A stretch of 61,282 bases of DNA, counting the filler, from Collodictyon triciliatum (Eukaryota): NCBI GenBank assembly GCA_043381765.1. It is 4 parts of 4 records of this genome, joined end to end, with 100 filler letters (N's around TTAATTAATTAA, not from the genome) between each part and the next. Parts side by side here need not be neighbours in the genome. Positions count along the whole stretch, not along the records: positions 41,637 to 54,946 come from JBHJMP010000608.1; positions 55,047 to 61,282 come from JBHJMP010000609.1; 2 more parts are not named here. One strand, written 5' to 3'. Position numbers and translations under genes: made by a program. Position 1 is the first letter of the stretch. Each line of letters begins with the position of its first letter. Positions 52,077 to 61,282 of the stretch are shown piece after piece. The notes beneath the pieces were generated by a model. It did not search any database. It saw nothing but the letters and a program-made list of their open reading frames with translations, and was not told the origin of the DNA.

Positions 52077-54823
52077 CGTCGCTTGGGTCTTCGTATTGTC
52101 TTAGTGTCCAATTGGATCTATGAGTTTTGCACTTAGTACTTTGATCTTAGCTTCAGTTTGCTCGGGTTGCTGAGTTTCCATCGTCATAATGTGAACTTGG
52201 TTATTACGGCGGAGGATTGGACTTTCCCTTTTATAACCAAACAGAGGACTAGAGAATGATTTTTTTGGTGGGAACAATTAGGTCTAATTCCAGAACACCT
52301 TGGGAACAGAAATAGAAGATTCGGGAAGGTCTCGGCAAGGTCTTGGGAACAACTTGCCGGCGCCACCTAGACCCTGCTGGAACGTTACAGAGCCCGCTAG
52401 AACATTGTGGAACTTGATTGTATGCACAAAGCCAAATTAAGACTTTTTTTTATTCTAAAAGTCTTAGCTGCTGAGCCCATCTCAACAATCTTTCATTCAA
52501 CCATCAGGCAAGTAGTTCCAAAGTAGGTGGTGATGTGTGGGAGATAGAAAAAGAAAAACAGGGATAAAAATAAAAGAGAAAAGAGAGGTCCTTGAGGCTT
52601 GATAAGAGACGCATGGATTTCTTTTGGGGACGCATGATAGTGTTCCGCGAGTATGAGAAAAAAAAGGGACGGGTGATATTGATTGGATGGAGGAGGGGGA
52701 ATACTGCTTTGATGGCGCAAGGTGTCGAAAAGGATGGTGAAAANNNNNNNNNNNNNNNNNNNNNNNNNNNNNNNNNNNNNNNNNNNNNNNNNNNNNNNNN
52801 NNNNNNNNNNNNNNNNNNNNNNNNNNNNNNNNNNNNNNNNNNNNNNNNNNNNNNNNNNNNNNNNNNNNNNNNNNNNNNNNNNNNNNNNNNNNNNNNNNNN
52901 NNNNNNNNNNNNNNNNNNNNNNNNNNNNNNNNNNNNNNNNNNNNNNNNNNNNNNNNNNNNNNNNNNNNNNNNNNNNNNNNNNNNNNNNNNNNNNNNNNNN
53001 NNNNNNNNNNNNNNNNNNNNNNNNNNNNNNNNNNNNNNNNNNNNNNNNNNNNNNNNNNNNNNNNNNNNNNNNNNNNNNNNNNNNNNNNNNNNNNNNNNNN
53101 NNNNNNNNNNNNNNNNNNNNNNNNNNNNNNNNNNNNNNNNNNNNNNNNNNNNNNNNNNNNNNNNNNNNNNNNNNNNNNNNNNNNNNNNNNNNNNNNNNNN
53201 NNNNNNNNNNNNNNNNNNNNNNNNNNNNNNNNNNNNNNNNNNNNNNNNNNNNNNNNNNNNNNNNNNNNNNNNNNNNNNNNNNNNNNNNNNNNNNNNNNNN
53301 NNNNNNNNNNNNNNNNNNNNNNNNNNNNNNNNNNNNNNNNNNNNNNNNNNNNNNNNNNNNNNNNNNNNNNNNNNNNNNNNNNNNNNNNNNNNNNNNNNNN
53401 NNNNNNNNNNNNNNNNNNNNNNNNNNNNNNNNNNNNNNNNNNNNNNNNNNNNNNNNNNNNNNNNNNNNNNNNNNNNNNNNNNNNNNNNNNNNNNNNNNNN
53501 NNNNNNNNNNNNNNNNNNNNNNNNNNNNNNNNNNNNNNNNNNNNNNNNNNNNNNNNNNNNNNNNNNNNNNNNNNNNNNNNNNNNNNNNNNNNNNNNNNNN
53601 NNNNNNNNNNNNNNNNNNNNNNNNNNNNNNNNNNNNNNNNNNNNNNNNNNNNNNNTGGCCGCGTGTACGGATGTGGTTGGAAAACATGCCTTCACGATAC
53701 TTGTGCTCGTTGGAGTGGGTACTCTCGTTGCTGTTGTGGGTGCGCTCCCGCTTTGTTCTGGTCTGCTCCGGCGTGTGGGCGGCCGTGGAGGCGAGTCTTT
53801 GGGGTTGGCGGGGTTTTTGCCTGGGTTGATGTGTGCGCTGACTCTGGAATCGGCGCGCGCTGTGGTGTGGCTTTGCCTTTGTTGTGGCGCAGCGTCCAAT
53901 TTTGGATGTGTAGGCCACTCGACAGGTCGGACGCCAGCAGCACAACGCCCTCCGTAGCGCACTCGCGGATGCGGCGGACTTCGCTATTTGCTCCAGCAGA
54001 CGCAGGCGTGTGGCGTGCGTCAGTGTCTCAGTGTACTCGCCCACCAGCCGCACCACACAGCCGGCCGGGTAGAGTCCCTTCTGCTGCATCCCCGCCGCCC
54101 GCTCCACCGGTCGCGTCTGGTACTACTCGCAGACCACATTTTCGTCGTCAGAGTGAGGCTTGGTTGTCATCGGCGTAGTTGTTGTGCAAAACCGAAGGGG
54201 ATTGAATAGACATACTCTTGTCAGGTGATAAAAGCTTGCCGAAATAATCAAGGCACCCTGTGCCAATAAGCGGGCAAACAAAAAAAGAGTATGGATAAAA
54301 GAAAGGAGAGGGAAAAAGCATTGCATCTTGCGAAAACCGAAAGGACAGAAAAAAAGGGAGAGAAGAAACATAATACACATTACACAGAACAATCCAAATT
54401 TCATATCCTTCTGTAATTTTTCTTTGCCATCGCAATAAGCTAAGCATCTGGTGACATGATGCCTGGTTAATCTTTATAGCAAGCCAGAATAAAGAATAAA
54501 ACAGGAGCAGTGAGCCTGTTATGCACCCTAAAGCTTGTCTAATACATTTTTTTTTTTGGAGTCAATGCTCGATAATGTTAGCGTTTGCTACAACTGCAGC
54601 AATTACATTAGTTATCAACCACTAGATAGATTATACATATTCGGTTGTGACTGGGTAGAGATAATATTTTTACATCGCATTATAAAGTTAAATAGTCAAT
54701 TGTAGATGAACAAAGAAATTAATCTTTATTTTGTTAAGGTTCGAGCCTGATGGAACTTTTTCCTTGTTATCAGACTGACCGTCCATGTTATTGAAGTCTG
54801 GTACTCAGGGTAAACATTATCAA

Positions 54824-54946
54824 TCAGCAGCAGCCTCCGCTGTTCGATGATGGAGCGGATGAAGAGGCGCTCCCACTGAACGGAATGCTCTTGCCGCAGT
54901 CTGGGAATATCCCGTAGTGTGTGGAGCGGTCTCCAAAGAAGTCAAA
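54824..54946 (-). CDS. AS3MT: 3' end of a second arsenite methyltransferase copy, truncated by contig end
   Basis: Coding sequence identical to 50632-50751 but with a TGA instead of TAA stop and a diverged 3' flank. Confidence 0.85.
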   Translation of the reverse strand, partial: FDFFGDRSTHYGIFPDCGKSIPFSGSASSSAPSSNSGGCC

Positions 54947-54990
54947 NNNNNNNNNNNNNNNNNNNNNNNNNNNNNNNNNNNNNNNNNNNN

Positions 54991-55002
54991 TTAATTAATT
55001 AA
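54991..55002. other. Artificial linker TTAATTAATTAA (contig join)
   Basis: Same 12-mer in an N block. Confidence 0.9.
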
Positions 55003-56185
55003 NNNNNNNNNNNNNNNNNNNNNNNNNNNNNNNNNNNNNNNNNNNNTTTTATATTCTCTTTTTTATATTCTCTTTTTTATATTCTCTTTTTTATATTCTC
55101 TTTTTTATATTCTCTTTTTTATATTCTCTTTTTTATATTCTCTTTCTTTTCTCTCCTCCCTCGTTTCTTTTCTGCCTGGAATGGTGTAGAGTCGTTATAC
55201 CGCGAGAAGTGGTGTCAATACCGCTTACATGATAGGAATGTTCAGCTTAAGGTTCCTTTCAAGCAAATTCGCTACTCAGATGACCAGAAGAAGCTGCATA
55301 TTGCGGTATTGTAAATTGACTTCATCTGTATTAACATGTATTATATATGACCTGAAGGAAATACGCATGTATGACCTCACTCAGACCAAGAGAGATTTCT
55401 TGCTGTATTTGGTGCCATTTTTTGTTACCTTCTGTTCTATTTATTTTTATTCCAATAATCTATGCGGCACAGAAACCACCAGGACAACCCAATAGCGTGC
55501 TGGGCCACCAACAACACAGAATTTTTAACAAAGTTGAGCACGAAATCAGGTTAATTTGTAATTGAAAAAAGAGAGAGACAGGGAAGCTGGCATCATTTTA
55601 TCAATCATGTTTATATCACGAAGTGGGCTTTTCATCTTAGGGGAAAAATAACAAAAAGAAAAAATAGAATCCCCCTCCAATAACAAGTATGCCGACTCGA
55701 ACAATTCCTACCTAACTGTGTGCTTGTTGATACAGGAGCATCCTCAACGATGGCAGCACAAAGGTTTCATTCCCTGCCGCGCGTCATTAGCCTTGAGCAG
55801 GATAACTCTGGGTGAAAAGCTGCCCCAAATCACCATCTTTGTTTAATTATTAGATATGTATATCATGTATGAAGTGGCACAGTTACGAAACTCATGAAGC
55901 TGAGTCCAACCAACGAAAGGGAAAAAAAGCGAAAAGGAAAAGGAAATCCTCCATATAAATCTGTTAAGAGCACCGGAAGTCCTGTTTGACTTTACATTTG
56001 TATGCGCTGGCTTGCATTGAATATAACTCTATCAGGGTGAGGTTCACCGCTTAGAAAGCAAGGGAGAGGGTAAAAAAAAAAAATAGAGAAAAGGAGGGAG
56101 GAAGGGGAAGGGGAAGGAGAAGCGGAAAGTGAAATGATGAATTGCCGAAAAAAAAATGAATGACTGAAGCGGGCAAAAGAATTGT

Positions 56186-56257
56186 TGACCCTACGCAGAT
56201 TTGAACTGCGATTGCTGGATTCAAAGTCCAGAGTGCTAACCGTTACACCATAGAGCC
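56186..56257 (-). tRNA. trnQ-UUG: tRNA-Gln (anticodon UUG), intronless, 72 nt
   Basis: Reverse complement GGCTCTATGGTGTAACGGTTAGCACTCTGGACTTTGAATCCAGCAATCGCAGTTCAAATCTGCGTAGGGTCA forms a cloverleaf with CTGGA/TCCAG anticodon stem and TTCAAAT T-loop. Confidence 0.95.
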
Positions 56258-58080
56258 GATTACTTGGTGATTTCGTGGCATTTATTAATTATATAACACT
56301 AATATTTATGATTTCACCAAAACTGGATGTTTTCGCTAACGGCTGTTGTTTTCGACGTTTTTCTTGTTTCGGCAAATGTGCAATTTTAGATTAAAATATT
56401 CAATGAATCCACGCCGTGTTGGTTTATCAATCAGGTCACTGAAGAAAAAAAATATTGAATTGTGAACAAGCATAACTTGCATCTAGAATTTTATTTTTAG
56501 GATTTTTTTTTTATTGATTTCGCTTTTGGATATAATAATTTTTCGATTGAGGTGGCTTCAATTTATTCACTTATTTCCTACTGGATTTGAAAATCAATTT
56601 GGCTCGTTTATCCAATCAAAATCATCTGTTCTAAATGCAGAATTTGCCTGTGATTTCATTGGACACCGGCCATTCCATCAGAGAACATCAGGTTCTTTCC
56701 AAAGGACAGGATGACAGCTGTGCAATATATTTATTTTCTGCGCGCGCAACGCACTGGGATGACGTGTTTAATTGGTGGCCGTGAGCTTATTATAACGGTT
56801 TCGAACGGGTCGGGTTGATGTGTGTGTTGAAGCTTGTCCGGTGCGTGTATGTTTTTGTTTGATTACCACGCCGAAGCAGGCAGATCGCTCGCCTTCTCTT
56901 CCGGCCTCACTACACTTCGGTGTCCCTTTCTAGTCGAGGTTGAGCGTTAATGTCTCGTTTCGAAACAACTTTGCTTAATTCTCTTGGCACATTCTCAAGC
57001 GCTTCATTCGTACACTTCCATGAACTGTTGTTTGGAAAATGAAAAGGCCATTGTAATTTACCTCGGTTTCTCACTCCCTCGAGCTGGTTGTTCTCTCTCG
57101 GTTTGGGCCATATTTATCTAAATCCTTTCCTTTTCTTTTTTATCTATTTTTTTTTTAGTCTTCATAATTCTTTTCTCTTTTCATATTGTATTCTTTTCCT
57201 TTTAAAAAAAAATTCTTGGACTTTCCAAAGACTCCTTCATCTCATTCTAATTTTTCTTTATTTTTTTAATATGAAAAGGCCGTGTTAAAAAACATTCATT
57301 TCCAAGAAAAAAAGAGAGAGCTCAGGAACACCACACATTTGTGCTTATTTTTCTGATTCTGCAGTGCCCTTTCCACTTGTCTGTTTGCTTGTTTGTTTGT
57401 TTGTTTGTTTGTTTGTTTGTTTGTTTGTTTGTTTGTTTGTTTGCTTGTTTGCTTGTTTGCTTGTTTGTTTGTTTGTTTGCTTGTTATATTACCTACTTTT
57501 CTTCGAGCTTTCCACAGCGTAGACGTGCTGTGCCAAGAAAGGATTGCCTCTTATGACTTTACAAAACTACGCCTGATTTTTGCACCTCTCAGTATTTCTA
57601 CACAAACTTTTGAATCCATAACCAACATCCCGCAAAATCCTCATAATGCATGGTTTTCATGACCTCATTGCATACCTTTTGACCTTGCTTCCCCTGCTCC
57701 GCTGCTTTGCCAACAACCCTGTAGATCACTTCCCTTCACAAACCATCCCCTTCAGAACCAAACAGCTCACAAACGTCTGATCAAAAAGAAAAAACACAAA
57801 TTTCTCCTCTGCCGGTGTCTCCTTATTAGGCATCATCTGTCAGCCTGGCCAAACAAACGCCTTTTCTTTTCTCACCCAAACCCCAATATGCTCTTGACCC
57901 TCATCGCCATTTATATTATATATTCTAATTTTTATTTGATTTTGTTTCACATGTGTCGTAACGTTCCGTTAACCAAGGCATAACCCCACACAGATATTGT
58001 CTGTTGTGAAAACAATACCAGGATATTCTGTCCTTATCCTACAACCCAAGTTGACCAGCAGAAAGTAAGATCAAGCACAG

Positions 58081-59863
58081 ATGAGCTCTGCGCATAAAAA
58101 GTCCAGAAGCGTGAGCAACAGCCAAAAAAACACCAAAGAACATGGTGCCTTATCTGGTGCATATGCTTCCAAGAGAAGAGCTGTCGAGGAGGACAAAGGT
58201 TCGTCTCCTCTTCTGCCTGTCTCCTGCAAGGAGGACTCTGCAAAAAAGTTGAAACTGGGCTCCTTGAATGATGATTTTGGTGCTGGCCTAAGGAAGGGGC
58301 ACACCAATTTCAATCTTTCTATGCTTTGCAGCGGTGAAAATGACGCCAAGAAACACAGTGACAGTGAAACAAGTGCACATGACTCGGTCTGTCAGCAGGC
58401 ACAGAGCAGAGTTGATGATTATCATAATAGCTCGCGTAACTTGAGGTCTAGTGATGAATCAAACTCGGATTCGGACCCAGATAGTGAGTCACATCCGCTC
58501 GTAGTATCTGAAGATGTACGAAAATCAAATATGAGAGCAAATGGTGTGACTTGGACTCCAGAGGACGACCAAGCTCTCCGCGATGCTGTTGCATCTCTAG
58601 GCCCAAAGAATTGGAAGAAAGTTGCAGAGACTATTCCTGGCAAAACCGACGTTCAATGTATACGCAGGTGGCAGCGAACGTTGAAATCAAATTTCGTTCG
58701 TGGATGCTGGACAGATGAGGTCTCTACATCAATTCCTTTAATAACAGCAATCCCCCATCACTTAATTCATTATTTTCTCCTTTTATACCATAATAAATAT
58801 GTGTTTGGTTTAATTATTGGTATTTAATTGATTCTTGGATGAGAAAATTGTATGCAGCTTTGAGACATGACTTATTAAATCTAAACATCGACCTTCTTTT
58901 TTTTTTTACTTCTTTATGTTACGAAGGAGGACAACATGCTTTTCATGCTTGTCAGTCGATACGGCATAAAAGCATGGTCCAGAATTGCTTGTGAGATGAA
59001 AGGAAGATTTGGGAAGCAATGCCGAGAAAGATGGTTCAATCACTTGAGTCCTGACATCAACAAAACGCCCTGGACTAAGAATGAAGAAGATTTGTTGTTT
59101 ATCGCACACAAACTGGTAGGAAATAAATGGGCAGAAATTACTCGTGTGCTACCTGGTCGATCGGACAACTCGATTAAGAATCGTTGGAACTCTACTGTGA
59201 AAAGGAGAGTTTTCTCTTATGCAGGACATCTGGATCATCTTATTCCTGAAATCAAAGAAAAATTGGACACTTCAAAGAGAAACATCAACGTGCCGCATGC
59301 AGTTAACAAAAGCAACCACCCTGATGAAAGTACCCAGCAAGACAGAGACCATAGTACTTACATAGACCATCACTTCGAAGATGCAAGCGGTAAAGAAGAT
59401 AAACACATGCATGCAAGCAGTACCCGGGTGTCAGATTTTAAGAACTCAAAGGAATCTCCCATTACTCATGGCTCATCTTCAAATTTCAAGATATTGAGAA
59501 CCCCTCTAGGAAACGGAAAGTCAAGTAATACAAAAAAAAAACATGACACCAACATGTTGCTTTCAATTGGTATTCGTTAACTTTCTCATTACATTTATAA
59601 TGTAGACACTAAGGAAGGGAGCGTCCATATGTCGACGAAGTCGCCGTCTCACCAGACCGAAATACACCCAACTCCTACCAACGAATCGCCCACTAATGTT
59701 ATTTGTGGGCTAACTCTTTTGGCATATATAGGCCAACAGGAAAAAATGGAATTATTGAATCAGGCGCGCTCCAGACCGTTGCCGTCAATAATGCACACCA
59801 GTAGAGTTTCTTCCAGCGTCAACATGGAGGTTTTTACTGATGAATAATTTTTTTGGTTTTTCT

Positions 59864-59896
<33 letters not shown>

Positions 59897-60831
59897 GGGG
59901 GGGGGGGGGTTTTTTTTTTTTTTTTTTTTTTNNNNNNNNNNNNNNNNNNNNNNNNNNNNNNNNNNNNNNNNNNNNNNNNNNNNNNNNNNNNNNNNNNNNN
60001 NNNNNNNNNNNNNNNNNNNNNNNNNNNNNNNGTTGGGGTTTTGCTTGGTTCTCGTTGTTTTGTGTTTTTGTGTTTTGTTGTGGTGGGGGGGGGGTGTAGG
60101 AGATTTGTCCTACTCATTGCCTCTGGTGATACATAGACACCCTTTTCATAATCATGCGACCTTTAATGAAAAATGCACTAATTAGATGTATGACATGCGG
60201 AGAGAAACGGAATTCATATCAAATACCCCTGGCCTCGCTACTCCATCACCGACTGCAGATTTGCATTTGACTGGTAGAGGAGCACAATTGCTAAATATCA
60301 GCTCTAGGATACTGAATTTCGAAAATATGCATTCGAGGTAAATACATCTCTATTCTATGGCGTCGCTCCTTATGAAACCCTGTTTTCATCGCTTTACCAG
60401 GAAATAATTAGGCGTGTTTTTATTTTTATTTTTTATTTTTTATTTAATTGCTGTTGATTCTAGCTCAGCCTAGTCATGAAATATTGCTTTGTTTTCTTGT
60501 AGTTCATTTATATGCGGAAAATAAAAAAATAAAAAAAGAGCCCCTAATGAAAAGAAATAGGTCATCGTTGGTGTCACCACACATGTTCGAACCATACGAA
60601 GGCACAGACCTCTCAGCTTATCCGTTGACGGCGTTTACATCTGGTCATTCAAGTCTTGCCAGTTCTCATGATAGACGCAGCTTCCATTTCGAGCCTCACA
60701 CAGCCATCCCAGCTACTTCAGCCAAATTGCAGACCAACAACACCGCCCCAAGCCACAAAGTTCCATTGGTTGTGCCAGTAGCCATCCGACCAACCCCAGG
60801 TGCTAATCCCAGACATCCAAGCACCAAGTAA
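58081..60831 (+). CDS. Three-repeat (R1R2R3) Myb transcription factor, about 5 exons
   Basis: [47 protein letters not shown] and [26 protein letters not shown]. The last two exons (60186-60338, 60561-60831) join in phase but lie across a gap. Confidence 0.9.
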
Positions 60832-61189
60832 ATGTCCTCCCCACCGCCCAATCCCAAATTTCATTCCACCTCTTCGTAAGCTGTTCAAACGGCTCCATCC
60901 CATCTCAATAAATAACAAAGAGAAAAGAAAAGTAAAAGGAAGGGAAAAGAAAAAGGATGACACGCAGGCATCAAACAACGCCCTACGGACGGCAACATTC
61001 CCAAAAGTGTCTGCCTTTCCCAAATGTCTCAATTTTCTCACTGTATTTCCTAAAAAGAACATCCACATTTGTAAAGGCAGAGAGATTAAAGTGATATTTG
61101 CTTTCTCCTTTTTCCTTCAACAATCACCTCGCCGAAGCGTGGTTGAGTCTGCCTGTTCCACCTTTTTCTCTTTCTTTTCCTATCCTTTC

Positions 61190-61282
61190 CTTTCTTTTCT
61201 TTTCTTTTCTTTTCTTTTCTTTTCTTTTCTTTTCTTTTCTTTTCTTTTCTTTTCTTTTCTTTTCTTTTCTTTTCTTTTCTTT
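61190..61282. repeat. (TTTTC)n microsatellite at window end
   Basis: Directly visible. Confidence 0.95.

Noticed and set aside
54403..54410. U12-type donor-like ATATCCTT
   Set aside because: Not at an exon boundary of any supported gene.
50629..54946. Selenoprotein form of AS3MT (TGA after GGCC in copy 2)
   Set aside because: The conserved Cys positions read in copy 1 are Cys codons and copy 1 has TAA at the same site, so TGA is most simply a stop.

Overview
Draft-assembly window from an intron-rich, AT-rich microbial eukaryote (protist-like). It uses the standard code, and a bacterial-type L17 gene implies an organellar ribosome. Three TTAATTAATTAA linkers inside N runs (16574, 41581, 54991) probably mark artificial joins, so synteny across them is unreliable. 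Spliced genes reconstructed by hand: aspartate-semialdehyde dehydrogenase, organellar L17, an intronless GC-rich repeat+C2 protein, MTA/SAH nucleosidase, an RNI-like LRR protein, TMEM120, an orphan multi-exon gene, a GH13 alpha-amylase in two halves about 17.5 kb apart, a large LRR-ectodomain multi-TM receptor-like protein, an AP-3 beta subunit ending in a poly-Asp/Glu tail, a CAMK-group kinase, a monomeric ubiquitin, a GGCT-like/ZnF-UBP fusion, CCDC86/Cgr1, arsenite methyltransferase plus a partial second copy, tRNA-Gln(UUG) and a three-repeat Myb factor. The most notable items are poly(A)-AG splice acceptors and GTY donors, an unassigned ~215-nt highly base-paired element at 13.8-14.0 kb, the apparently catalytically degenerate GGCT-ZnF-UBP fusion near a mono-ubiquitin gene, and the LRR-7TM-like receptor. 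All exon boundaries are manual inferences without transcript support.
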